DNA from: Glaucostegus cemiculus
Taxonomy: Eukaryota
Assembly (NCBI GenBank): GCA_976551045.1
Contig: CDPCPM010000050.1
Coordinates: forward strand, 12,524,001 to 12,588,000
DNA length: 64,000 nt
Direction of reading: 5' to 3'
The notes below the pieces were generated by a model. The model was not told where the DNA came from. It did not search any database and worked only from the letters and a program-made list of their open reading frames with translations. A program made the position numbers and the translations under genes. This document shows positions 1 to 12,779 of the stretch, in pieces; positions within the stretch are counted from its first letter, which is position 1; every line of letters starts with the position of its first letter.

Positions 1-119
1 CATTTGTGTGTAAGATGAGCATCCTTGTATTAAAGTCCAATGCCATTCATCAGACTGCTCTTTCTCTGAATACAAGGTGATAGATAAATGAATGCTGTGT
101 CATCCCAAAACAATGGAAG

Positions 120-885
120 CATTGTGTGCTATCAAATGCTACTTACCAAATCCCTGCTTACAGATAGTCAGTTTGGATTCTGCCAGTACTGCTTGGCTCC
201 AGATTCAGTAACAGCCTTGGTCCAAGCATGAACTAAAGAGCTGATTTCCAGAGGTGATATGAGAGTGACAGATTGAGTATGGCAGGAAACTTGGAGAACA
301 TTGTGCCTTGGGTTGGTAAAGTGACCAGCAAAATTTGAACTACCCATGTGCCAGGCAATGCCTGACTTTTTTTTAATTGTGTTAATGTTGCTGGTAAGGG
401 CATTGTTTAATGCACATCCAATTATTGTCCTTGAAGGTGATAGCGAGCTCATCTTGAACTGCTGTAGTCCTTCTGGTGAAAGTTCTTTAACAATGCTGTT
501 GCACCTCCAGGAATAAAAATCAGACTTTCTCCCCATGATGTTCAATGGTATAGCCATCATTAAATCTCTCTGTATCCTTATCTTGGAGTTATTACTGACA
601 AGGAACTTAACTGGCACCACCTCATAAGTGCAGTGGATAAAGAGCAGATGCAGAGCCATATGTTCTGCAGAGGTTAACTCAATTTCTAAGCTGATTTGCA
701 ATTCCTCTATATCGCAAAATTAAAATCCTGGACTTCCCTATTTAACAGTACTGAAGGAATACATTCACCACTTAGGATGTAGCAATTCAAAAAGTCAACT
801 CATCACCTTGAACAGAATTAGAAATGGCCAATAGACACACCTGTTCTTGGCAGTCCACATCTGAATTAATTTTTAAAGAAAAAAT
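120..885 (+). mobile_element. Degraded non-LTR retrotransposon (CR1/L2-group) RT and 3' remnants, with an oppositely oriented tail fragment inside (~365-500)
   Basis: Recognisable RT-coding remnants (ccttggtccaagcatgaactaaagagctgatttccagaggtg) and an A-rich 3' end. Boundaries approximate. Confidence 0.5.
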
Positions 886-1269
886 AATTTACTTCAAACG
901 GCCTCCAAGTATGTTGTTTAAATTACTTGTGTAGGAGCTAGCACTGAGCTGTCCCTTGCATAAGTTTTATTACATACAAAAGAATTTGTATCTTTTACCT
1001 CATAGCATTACTATAATTTGTCTAAATTATGAGTTTCCAGTTCATTTAAAAAAAATGAAAGTGGCTGGAGAGAGTTGTCTTGATGCTGATGTAATCATTA
1101 ATATTTTAATTGCATACCTAATTATTGGATGATTATCTAATATTAATTATATTGATCAAGCAGTCTATGCTGTAATTACACATAGTTGAGATGTATGTAA
1201 ATTTATTTTTGAAATAAATTGGGCAAACAACATTTCTACCTAATGCAGAAACCAAAAGGGATTCCACTC

Positions 1270-4200
1270 CCTTAGGAGTCAGACAGTGTATGATTATTGG
1301 CTGCAATTCATGCACATTTAGTGTCGGGTATCCTGGATGTAATTATGATGCCTTTGTTCTTTGGCTGTCCACTTTACAGCTACACTGCACTAAAGCAATG
1401 GGGAGAAATAGACAACAGCATCTATCTGTTGATGACATGGTGATAACTTCTGTGCACATCCTATGCACACACATTGCAACATGTATAGAATGAAAGTTAT
1501 GTTATCTTTCTTCCTGGTGCAGCTGTTACTTGCTATGTCTAAAGGTAGTCCAGCTCTTGCTTCATTATCTGAAGAGTTGCTAGTACAATTGAGCATTTTA
1601 CACTCATTTGTTAAAAATACCTCTTCTGACATTATTGATGGCAGGTCATTGATTAAAAAGCTGAAGTGGTCTGGGATACTGTCCGGTGGATCTCCTGAAA
1701 GGACATCTGGGATTTGAGGTATTCTGACAACCACGGTCATATTCTTTAATTCTAGGTATGCTTTCAACTAATGTAAAGCTTTCTCCTTCACAGTGATCAT
1801 TTTATTAGAATAATTTGATGGCACATTCAGCCAATTGCTTTCTTAGTGCAAGGACAGTCACTCTTATCTCACCTTAGGAATTCAACTCCTTCAGCAATCT
1901 TTAATCTAATTTTGTGATGAGATCTGGAGCTGAGTGAGTTGGCAAAGCCCAAACTGGGCACCATCAACAAAGATGTTGGAGAACAACTGCAGCTTAATAT
2001 ATGTAACTTCACAAAAGATTGAGGAATAGTATGATGCCCTTCCTGATGAGCTTACTGTATTCTATGCAAGTTTTGAACAGGAGGGAAGTGAATTGTCACC
2101 ACCCACCCTGACAGCCTCCAATGCAACTGAACCCGTGGTCACTGTCGAGGATGTAAGATCTTCCAGAGAATGAATGCGAGGAAAGCTTCTGGCCCGGATG
2201 ATGTCCCTGGCTATGTGCTCAGATCTTGTGCTGATCAGCTGGCGGGGGTATTTGCAGACATATTTAACCTCTCCATGCTTCAATCTCCGGTTCCCACCTG
2301 TTTTAAGAAGACCTCTATCATCCCAGTACCTAAGGAAAAACAAGGTAACATGCCTTAATGACTACCGACCAGTGACTCTGACATCCACCACCATGAAGCA
2401 CTTCGAGAGGTTGGTCATGGCACTCATCAACTCTAGCTTACTAGACAACCTGGATCCACTGCAATTCACCTACTGCCGAAACAGAGCTACAGTGGATGCA
2501 ATCTCCCTGGCCCTACACTCCTCTCTGGAGCATCTGGACAGTAAAGACACCTACGTTAGACTATTGTTTATTGACTACAGATCTGCCTTCAATACTATAA
2601 TTCTAAGCGAACTCACCACCAAACTCCAAGACCTAGGACTCAACACCTCCCTCTGCAACTGGATCCTTGACATTTTGACCAACAGACTGCAATTGGTGAG
2701 GATAGGCAGCAACACCTCCAGCACAATTATTCTCCACACTAGTGCCCCACAAGGCTGTCCTCTACTCTACTCCCTATATACTCATGACTGCATGGCCAGA
2801 TTCTGCTCCAACTCCATCTACAAGTTTACAGATATACCGCTGTAGTAAGCTGTATCTCAAATAATTATTAGTTGGAGTACAGGAAGGAGGTAGAGAGCTT
2901 AGTGACATGGTGTCATAACAACAACCTTTTCCTCCATGTCAGCAAAATAAAAGAACTGGTCATTCCCTTCAGGAAAGGGAGTGGTGTACATGCACCTGTT
3001 TACATCAATGGTACTGAGGTCAAATGTCGAGAGCTTCAAGTTTCTCGGAGTGAACATCACCAATAGCCTATCCTGGTCCAATCACACAGATGCCATGGCC
3101 AAGAAAGCTCACCAGTGTTTTTACTTAGGAGGCTAAAGAAATTTGGCATGTCCCCTTTGACACGCCAATTTTTATCGATGCACCATAGAAAGCATCCTAT
3201 CTGTATGCATCACGGCTTGGTATGGCAACTGCTCTGCCCAGGGCTGCAAGAAACTGCAGAGAGTTGTGGATGCAGCTTGGTGCATTATGGAAACCAGCCT
3301 TTCCTCCATGGACTCTGTCTATACCTCTTGCTGCCTTGGTGAAGCAGCCTGCATAATCAAAGACCCCACCTACCTGAATCATTCTCTCTTCTCTCCTCTG
3401 CCATCAGGCAGAAGCTGCATGTGCCTGTGGGCATATACCACCAGGCTCAAGGACAGCTTCTATACCACTGTGATAGAATGGTTCCCTTATATGTCGAGAT
3501 GGACTCTTGACCTCACAATCTACCTTGTTTGACCTTGCACCTTATTGTCTACCTGCAATGCACTTCCCTGTAGCTGTGACACTTTACCCTGTATTCTGTT
3601 ATTATTTTTACTGTGTACTACTTGAATGCACTGTGTAATGAATTGATCTGTACAAATGGTATGCAAGACAAGTTTTTTACTGTACCTCAGTACAAGTGAC
3701 AAATAATATACCAATACCCTTCATTTTTGAGTGTCAATGCATCAGGAGAAATTTCTGTATTGTTGGGTAGATGCCAGTGTTGACAATGTATTGAAACAGC
3801 TTGGCTGCAGTCCAAGTCTTCAACATTGGGCTCATAGTCTATGTTGCATCTGGTCCTCTCAGCTACCTCTTGATATGTGGGGTGAGGACTGTGGGAGAAG
3901 TTTGAATGGAATGTCCAGTCAATACTGAAGATTGGAAGCATTTCAGCTCAGACTTTCACATTTATCTTATGTGACTTGTCATTATTGAGCATGAAGGATG
4001 TTCTTGGGGCTTCTTCCTCCAGTTTGGTGCTGCTTAGTGTGCAGAGCTTTGATATGAATCTCAATTGATAGGCAGGTGTGTTTGGGAATATGGTGAATCA
4101 AGTAATGCCCGAAGCTGGCTGTTTCTTTAGTAAGATAAAGGATTCTTGCAGCACTATAAGCAGCTCCTTGGGTCCATGCTGCCCAACTGATCCGCAGTGT

Positions 4201-4600
4201 TGTCTCATTTCATTGCTTTCTGAGCAGGTAACAGAGCCTCACAGCCATCTGTTTTCCTCCACCTCCAGCAAATCCAAGAGCTCCTCTTCTGTGTTTTACC
4301 ATTCATTATTTCCCTTGCTAGACTCAAATGAAATATCTGCCAATGCTTGCTTTTATAATGTTGCCTCCCTTTTAAGAAGTGTCTGCCTTAAGGCTAGGTT
4401 TAACTGTTGGAAATCATCCACAATGTCCCCTCCCCGACTCCCACTGCGGGACCATCGCATGAATGACCAGTGTGGTTGGTGCTGGGATCATGATAACTAG
4501 TCGGCAGGACAAAATTGACATGCAGCCTGCATTACATTGTATGGACCTGCATATATTGCTCTTTACAATCCATTTTGCAGGAACTATTGACTTTAGCTCC
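1270..4600 (-). mobile_element. Old degraded LINE (CR1/L2-group) remnant interrupted by the Rex1/Babar insertion
   Basis: Reverse-strand RT-like remnants on both sides of the Rex1 copy (e.g. ggcaaagcccaaactgggcacc at ~1941; gggtagatgccagtgttg at ~3765). Boundaries approximate. Confidence 0.45.
2035..3716 (+). mobile_element. Rex1/Babar-clade LINE, 5'-truncated RT with frameshifts and 3' UTR
   Basis: Translated blocks: [135 protein letters not shown]; 3' tail ending gtgacaaataa. Confidence 0.9.
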
Positions 4601-4749
4601 AAATAATTAATCTTAACTTGCTTGAGAAATTTTGAAGTGTCCTTCAAATTGTTAGCAATTAAGAGAAAATTGTTTTGTTTACAGATATTTGGTTTACTTG
4701 TATGTTTGCCTCAGATTTGTAACATGAACAAATGATGCATTTTGTCTCG

Positions 4750-4825
4750 GGATGAAGTCGAAATGGAATATCTAAAGATAGCACAAGATCTTGAAGTGTA
4801 TGATGTAAGCTATTTTTCAATCAAA
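4750..4825 (+). pseudogene. NF2: NF2-like exon 7 (76 nt): [25 protein letters not shown]
   Basis: Matches human [25 protein letters not shown] and has the same length. Acceptor is CG (4748-4749) and donor is CTAAGT (4826), so both are broken. G>D change in the conserved YGV motif. Confidence 0.92.
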
Positions 4826-6012
4826 CTAAGTGTTTTACAATGTTTTCTTTCTTGGTCATTGTTTCAGAACTTATGCTGTCATCTCTGTAGCAAGTCAGAT
4901 ATTTTCAAAGTGAAAGAACTTTTGTGTAAATCTGTAATTTAATTTCCTGTTATCACTTCATCCCCTTCAGTCTCCTCATTCCTCCCCAACCCATCTCCAC
5001 AAATATTCTGCATGCTTTGATGGACATCCTCTAGAAGGATCATTGCCTCCATGATTGTAGCATTGCTGCTTATTTAAGTGACAGGAGATAAAAATCCTGT
5101 CGTATGGTAGTCAATATATCAATTGTTTTGCTTTGCCAAACACTTGAATCTCTTTTTCAATGTCATGAGGCCTTTTAAATGTCATTGACCACTCTTGATT
5201 TTAAAACCACATCAGAATGACACACTCTCCTAATTTTAGTTCGGTTTGGAGTAATTGCTTAAGCTTCATTTCTATTCAGTTTCTCGCAGTTGTATGGAAA
5301 TTTTGTTATGCAGTTCTCTCTGAAAAATTTCTGTGAAATTAATCCCTAACAACTCATATTATTAAGTTTTTTTTCTAATGATGAACATTGCAGTGAATCA
5401 GCTCATCCACATACCACCTTGACTTCTGGAGAACTGTACTGATTTAACATTGACATTGCAATATAAGAAATTAAGAATATGGGATACAATTTAATTCGTA
5501 GAGGGTATACACTGTCTAAATAGTTTACTTTCAAGCTTGAAGTGTCGATTCCTTTCTATTATTGTTTCATAAATGCTTGATATTACTAGATAGTTATGCA
5601 ATTAAGTAGGCTCCTTGTATTGAATAATGTGAGCTGGGACTAATTTGATCTCAATGATCTGTCTCAATTTTGGTTAATAAAAATTGAAGCATTCTTAAAC
5701 TGTAGCAAAGTGTGGTCCTTGAAACTAAATGATAGTCAAAATTACTCATTACGTGAGACTAACTTGGGTCAAATTTTCCATTAACATTTGAAGTTAATAC
5801 AGATTTAAATACAAAATGAGCATTCTGCATAAAACACATGGTTATAATACAGTAACAAAGGATTGACATTTTTAAGTTACTATTTAATATAATTACTGTT
5901 ATGAAAACTTCATTTTTAAAATTTGGCTAAAGTTTTCGATGCTTTTTGAAAATAGAATATTTTCTAGAAATCATTTGGAATAAAGGCTATTGGGAAAATA
6001 TGGGTGGAATTA

Positions 6013-6257
6013 GGGTGGCATGATAGCGTAGCGGTTAGTGTGACGCTGTTACAGTGCCAGTGATTGGGGTTCTATTCCCATCACTGACTGTAAGGAGTTT
6101 GTACACTCTCCCGTGTCTGCATGGGTTTCCTCCAGGTGCTCTGGTTTCTTCCCACATTCTGAAAGATGTACAGGTAGGTTAATTTGGGGGTTTAAAATGG
6201 GTAGCGTGGACTCGGAGGGCCGAATGGGCCTGTTAACACGCTGTAAGTAAAAAAAAA
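6013..6257 (+). mobile_element. tRNA-derived V-SINE-like element, near full length
   Basis: Box A (tagcgtagcggttag) and box B-like (ggttctattccc); V-core gggtttcctccaggtgctctggtttcttcccacattc; CR1-like tail gggccgaatgggcctgtt and A-rich end. Confidence 0.85.
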
Positions 6258-6760
6258 TCTGCATTAAAATTGTAGTGAAAACTAGCTTGTTAATGATACT
6301 TGTCCTTAAATGTCAATTTGATATGGCATAGCCATAACCAGAGGTTGTTATTTTAGTGTGATGTGTTGGCCTTCAAAACCAGAAGAGTGGTCTGGCTCCA
6401 GCCACCAAAACAATCACCATGATTGTCCTTCTCTAAAGTCTCTTTATATCAGTGTGATAATAACTTGATACCTGTTTGAGACCCCCTTCTGCAAGAATAG
6501 TTTTCCCTGGGCATCCTGCTGTGCTTGGGACAATCAGGTTAAGTTTTGGTTGAAAGAGGCTCCCTTAGTAGGCCACAACAAACAAAATGCAGCAAATAAA
6601 AAAGGTCGCAATGGAAACCCAAAGGAAAAACAGAAAATGCATGAAACTCTCCCCAAGTTGGGTGGCAACTGTGGGGAGAGAAGTAGAGGTAATGTTTTCT
6701 GTATTAGAAGGATACAGACCTAATGGGATTAGTTGGATAGGTACAATGGGCAGCATGGAC

Positions 6761-6933
6761 ATTAAATTAAATTTTATTTACAGCGTGGTAACAGGCCCTT
6801 TCAGCCCTCCAAGGCCACACCGCCCATTTTAAACCCCCAAATTAACCTACCCATACGTCTTTCAGAATGTGGGAGGAAACCGGAGCACCTGAAGGAAACC
6901 CATGCAGACACAGGAGAAAGTACAAACTCCTTA
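6761..6933 (-). mobile_element. 5'-truncated copy of the same SINE, inserted in a CR1 3' tail (~6705-6975)
   Basis: Reverse complement of the 6090-6257 sequence. The CR1 tail resumes on the right (ttgtgctatacaactctatgac). Confidence 0.85.
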
Positions 6934-7149
6934 TTGCAAACAGCCCATTTGTTGTGCTATACAACTCTATGACAACTGGAAAAGTGAGAAAACATGGCTG
7001 GTTTAAGCTGCATAGAGGGTGAGGGGCCGAGAGTACAGGAAATGTCTGTAATGGGGTGCAGACTCAAGTTGTCAAGGTAATGATCACTTTAAAAACTGAT
7101 GGAGACAGTAAGTAAGTAAATTGAAACAAAGGTGTTGCCTTATCTATAG

Positions 7150-7950
7150 AGAGAAGCAAAGGATTGTTACCTAAATTGAATCCAATATTGTCATGACACC
7201 TGCCCAGACAGAAGATGAGATGCTGTTCCCTGAACTTGCATTGAGGACCATTGTAGCAATGTAGGAGTCTGAGGGTCAGAATGGGCTTGGGATGGAGAAT
7301 TAAAGTGACAGGTGACTAGAAGCTCAGGGTCACCTTTATGGACTGGTACTGGACGAGGTATTCTGCAAATCCGTCACCAAATCTAGATTCAGTTTCTCCA
7401 CTGTAGAAACCATATCATGAGCACAAAATACAGTGCTTCACATTGAAGGATTGTCTGGCCTTGGACTGGGGAACAGGAAGAGATGAGGGGTAGTTGTTGC
7501 ACATCCCCTAGTTGCAAGTGAAAGTGCTATGGGGAATGCTTGATAGAAATGTAAAGGCGAACCAGGTAGTTGTAGTACCTTGAGAATGCTGGAAGGGGAG
7601 GTGAGGGTTGATGTGTCTGGTGGTGGTACCATATTAATGGTGACAGAAATTATAAAGAGTGATTATTGAATGTGGAGGCTGGTGAGGTGTGAAATGATGA
7701 CCAGGGGAGTCCTATCCTATCCTTGTTCTGGCTGGTAAAGGATCATCTGAGAGCAGAATTGTGGAAAATAGAGGAGACACAATTGAAAGCCCTGTCAACT
7801 CTGGTGGAGAGGAAGCCAGTGTAAGGAAAAAAAATGAAGCTATCTTAAAGGTACTTGTGTGGAAAGTCTCATCAACAGAGCACCTATGACGGACAGAAAC
7901 TGAGAAAATGTTACAAACTACTCAGTACTCAAGTGATATTGGACACTTGT
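7150..7950 (-). mobile_element. Penelope-like element remnant (GIY-YIG region)
   Basis: Reverse strand resembles the YxGET..RLGDxFAEHL-type endonuclease coding sequence followed by the conserved gtcactttaattctcc segment; heavily decayed. Confidence 0.55.
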
Positions 7951-10900
7951 GACCACCTTTCTCTTAGACATTGCCACTCCCTCATCACCAATTCCCCTTT
8001 CTACCAGGGCAGACCACCACTCTCATCACTGATGTTGATTTCCTAGTCCACAAAGGCACCTCCCATAATCTTCCCACCAAGTTGTTACCACCAAGTATTC
8101 CAATTTTAATATGGTAAACTGTCATTTGCTCTCCTTGCCATTGCAGTTTGATATTGGACAGAAGAAATCTATAGAAATCAAAGTGAATGTAACATTTATT
8201 TCTTGTCAAATTACAGATTAAGATTGCAGTGTTTTTCAATATCAACATTTATTTTATATTTATGCTATACAACAATGATAGTCAACAGAGATTCAAAAAA
8301 GCAAGAAAAGGTTATACAACCTTATAGTAGACTTCATGAAGTTCTTTGAGGAATTTTGACCCAGATTTCAGTGTCATTGACAAGTCCATGATGTTCATTG
8401 CTGACCGCAATAAAATAATACCTATTAATAATATTCCCAGTTTGAACTTTGAACAGATACTGGGTAATTTTTCCATGGCAAACTTTCATTGCATTGTATA
8501 GGTGTAACAATGGTGCTAAGTTGAGTGGTAGAGCCTAGCCTCACTAACAAAATCAGTAAAAGTTTAGTTTGAAACATGCTGCCCCTTGATGTCCTGAATT
8601 TGGTATTTAAACTTGCAAAAACAGAAATATTCTGAAGCATAAACTTAAAACTCTTAAATGTGCTTAAAAAAAGTTAATTAACAAACCGTTAGATGTTTTT
8701 CATTAAAAAAAAGTATGAAAGATTTTTAAAAGACTTGACAAGCTGCTTTAAATTTGCTACCTGGGTGTCTCACAGCTGTTCACTTCTATTAAAATCTGTT
8801 ATGGAAAAACACTCCTCACAGTGCCTCATATCTGATGGAGAATCATCGGGTGACTTAACTTTTAAGTACTGGATAATTAGCCCAAGTTCTCGGTCCCTTC
8901 TGGAATTCCATGTTGATTTCAGTATAGAGTTGAGTTAAATAGCTACTGGCCATTGCTAGCTTTCTGCATTTGTATGTACATGTATGGTAATTCCAAAATT
9001 GTCATCGTTTTCAAAGAGTAATACTGGTGAACAACTAGTTGTTTTACTGTTACTGCAAAACCCAGAGCATCAATTTTCTTCCTTTTATCTTGCATGGAGC
9101 ATTAAATTCTTTCACTGGTTGTTACAAGTGCTGTTTTGCACCAAATGTAAATGTGACAGCAATCTGTCTTTTTCCTTAAACAATCAATCTGATTTCAGCA
9201 AAATTATATTGGCTCAAATCAAAAACATTCATAATGTGAATCATTTTTATGCAGCATGACAAATAAGTTGTTGCCTTTTTAACATGCATTAACTGGTTTT
9301 GGAAGGGAGACTAGAGAAAAATAACCAACTAATGAAATTTTATTAAATATTGATTATTTTGTGCTGAATATATACACAAGACAAATTAATGCAGCAGCAT
9401 ATTTGTAGAACAAGATGCAGTTCTTCATGTGTAATTTCCGCAGTGGGGCAAAGTACAAAATTGAAATACTCGATAAAATTGAAATAAAATTGAAACTAAA
9501 TAATTCAGTGGATTTAAACTAAGGAATGAAACGGGAATTTTGCAGCCGTGGAGGATCTGACATTTGGCAAAAGACAGATGAATTCTGAGTCAATAAACTG
9601 CAAAATAATGAGAGATCTGCAAGACCTAAATTCCTTGCACTCAGAGCTCCAATACTTCATGTAGGCAGAGTACGGTCTCCTGCCACTTCAGGTGATTTTG
9701 CAGAGGCATTTTGTTTTTTGCAGTTTGGGACTCACTGCATGTTTACACAAGTGTGAGTGGGGATCCCCAAATTTTATCATGTTTTGCATATTCATGCCAT
9801 GCTTGTTTGAACATTGCTACTCCATAGTTTTGAATAAAACTGGCAATGGCTCCCCACTCAATGTGGATTGAAGAACTTTATTTTGGAAATATAAATCGAC
9901 TGAGATTAAGAAGTTTAATAAATTACTGCTTTTATTTAAAATTTTGAAATTACATAGGACTTTAATTTGTGCTTTCCATGCTGATTCTTTGAATACATTA
10001 TAAATCTTTCACTTTTGCAACCTTTTCCTTGATTAACCCTTCCTTGTGGCTGGGTTTTACTCTTTTTTTCTCTCTCTAACCTGTTCTGGTTTTCTGCACG
10101 TCGGAACTCCCATTGCTGTTTGTGGCATAGTGGTGGGCAAAGTAAGGGGGTTACTTGTTGTCACATAGTCATTCAATTGTGAGACATTTAATTTTATTAC
10201 ATCAAGTACTATTAGTCTAAATGAGGAATGTTAATTAGTTATGTACTAAATAAATTGCATTGGCATACAGTAAATGTATAAGGATCAAAAAAGCAGCTAG
10301 AAAAAGTAGCTGGAAAGGTATTAAATAGATGGCAGATACAAATAAGAGAAAGAAGCTTAGTATAGCAATAGGGGGTCTAGTAGGACGGGAAGCATTGGAA
10401 CAAAATGCTGTTTGAAATCTTTGAAGTGATGAAGGAAGGAGACAATTATAATAGGAGCAAAGTAAAATAATTGCTTCATGTCCTAAATTATTGTATTTTC
10501 TATGCAAGTAGTGTTTCTTCTAGATAGTCAAGGATTGTGAGCTGAATTACTATTTTTAGCTCCTGCCTGACCTATTTGTTTAGTGTTATTGTTCAAATTC
10601 TCAAGGATCCATGTAATTTTAGGTGCTCATGATTTTGTCAAATGAATTAGATGCTAGCAAATTGCTTATTTCAAGCTAGATATGAATACTCATCTTCCTC
10701 ATTCTTTAAAAAAAAATGGAGTATATTGGTCAAACATTAAACTTTAACACAATCTCAGTGTGTGCAAGCTTATGTGATTTATGCAATTTTGTGATGACAA
10801 ATTTTTATGAAGTAATGTGTGAGTGCAATAAATTTAACTATTTTATTTTGCTTGGGTGAAATTTCTCATCAACTAAAGGGATCCAATCAGAATATCTAAT

Positions 10901-11089
10901 TTCCTGCAGTAAAGTCAAGCACTTTCCTAAACCCCATTAAAATGTCAGATATAGTGCTGTTAACTATAATTGCACCACATTACCTAAGTTATATTAATTA
11001 ATTTTAATGTAATTATGTTAAAAATCAAAGGTCTCTTGTTACAGGTTCCTATTGAGTTTCCTCATTCTTTTACATATGTTCTTTTTCAG

Positions 11090-11161
11090 CTTGCTATCAA
11101 ACCCTTGGGTAAAAATACTGATGTTTTTAAGTTTAATTCTTCAAAATTGATGGTCAATGAA
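11090..11161 (+). pseudogene. NF2: NF2-like exon 9 (72 nt): [24 protein letters not shown]
   Basis: Matches [25 protein letters not shown]. Acceptor tttttcAG and donor GTAAGA are intact. One codon shorter than the human exon. Confidence 0.92.
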
Positions 11162-12079
11162 GTAAGATGGCCAGTAGACCAATATCCTTTTGATACGACA
11201 ATGTAGATTATTAGATAAAAATTGAAATTTAAGAGTTATTTTTGAGTTGTTTTTACTCAAAGTTTTAACATGAGTTTGATGTTCCATCAAATGGATTCAA
11301 TCTGCAGATAAATGAGAATTGGGCTGGTCCTTTTCAAATGGCCCTACATAGGGTGGGGTGGGGGGGGGTGCACGGGACACACACAGCTTTTTTGCTTGCC
11401 TTTTATTGCAATTGAGCACTCTTGTGCCTTTTACAATTTTTTTTGGGGGGGAGGGGTGGAAAAATTTGAAAATGTTTCCTTGGTTAAGTTATGATACTGG
11501 ATTTTCCTGAAAAGAAATTTGGCCTGTCACCCTTGATGCAGTTGTTAAAATACTCCTGCACAAATAATTGTGAAAGACCCAACTCAGCAAACTAATAGTG
11601 TTAAGGGCATTGAGTCTCTTAATAGTATCAGCTGACTGATACCTGAGCTACTTGGATTATTATGGACAACTTTATATATAATATTTTTAGAAGGAATAAT
11701 CTATTTTTTCTAATTTTGATTTGCATTGTGATGATATTGATCAGTTTGCATAGCTTCATTTCTGCAAGTATGAAAGACCTAATTCATAATAATAACATAA
11801 TGCATTGACAAATACTTCCTCCTAGTCCAAAATTGAACAATGTGTCATTGACATTTTAATGTTCTAGCAACTGACTTCACATATTGAGCTAAGAAATTTA
11901 TAAATGATGAATGGAAGGGACACTTTGTTTTATTTTACTATTTATGAATGCACACTTCTAAAGTACTGAAAAATCGTATGGAGCAACAACTGGAAATCTT
12001 AGAATGACTAAGATTTGACAGAAGGTTTCACAAACAAAAACATTTAGAGAGATCTTAACATTTCCCTCAAATATTTTAG

Positions 12080-12193
12080 ATTTTGCACCTCTGTATTGGA
12101 AATCATGACCTGTTCATGTGAAGGTGAAGAGTGGACTATTTGGAGGTCCAACAAATGAAAGTCCAGGCAAGAGAAGAGAGGTGTAAGAAGCAG
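12080..12193 (+). pseudogene. NF2: NF2-like exon 10 (114 nt): [36 protein letters not shown]
   Basis: Matches [38 protein letters not shown]. TGA at 12119-12121 and 12125-12127, both at Arg positions. Donor mutated to ATAGAT (12194). Confidence 0.95.
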
Positions 12194-12779
12194 ATAGATA
12201 ATATATTAGACTGGTTTAAAAATAGCAATGTGGATTATCAACAAATAAAACAAACAAGATCTCTATAGAAGATGAATTTTAAGATTTGCTTGGACTACTT
12301 CCCTTTTCTGATCGTGAAGAAATCTGCCCAAAAGTGTTACCTGGGCTCTATGGTGCAGACTTCCCCTTCTCCAATATGGTTTGGAATCACATGCTCTTTG
12401 TAGGGGATCTATAACATTCCGTAAAAGTGTTCTCATAATGCAGCATATGCACCCAACTAAACTGAAGTTTTCACACAGTAAGGAAACCAATAATTTGTTA
12501 CTGAAAGGCAAAGAGATTAAAAAGCAATAATTTAAAATGTTTACAAAATGAAGTAAAGCTTGGGAGATGTGCATAGTATGCAGTTAGAACCTGAAATCAT
12601 AAAATTTAATAAAAAGTAGCCCTACACTTCATTCCGAATGTTGAGAAAGTGCAATGCAATTTAAAATAGATTTAACTTGAAATAGAGCCAAGATTCACAT
12701 TGCTCCCATTGATCACTTCCCACAGAACAGGAGAGGAAGCAAGTCATTCTCGATCCCAAGGACCAACTTATGAAGGGGA

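Noticed and set aside
168-701. 177-aa minus-strand ORF
   Set aside because: Lies over decayed LINE remnants; no recognisable protein.
1-4749. NF2 exon 6 (QMTPEMWEERITAWY) search; atgtggggtgag at ~3875
   Set aside because: The match is limited to MW and lies in a LINE remnant; exon 6 is probably upstream of the window or lost.
6013-6090. tRNA-like A/B boxes
   Set aside because: This is a SINE head continuous with a V-core and tail, not a tRNA gene.
6470-6545. SFPW motif (agttttccctgg) as a possible NF2 exon 8 remnant
   Set aside because: Flanking translation (ETPFCKNSFPWASCCAW) does not match [20 protein letters not shown], and no upstream LLGVDALG-like segment is present.
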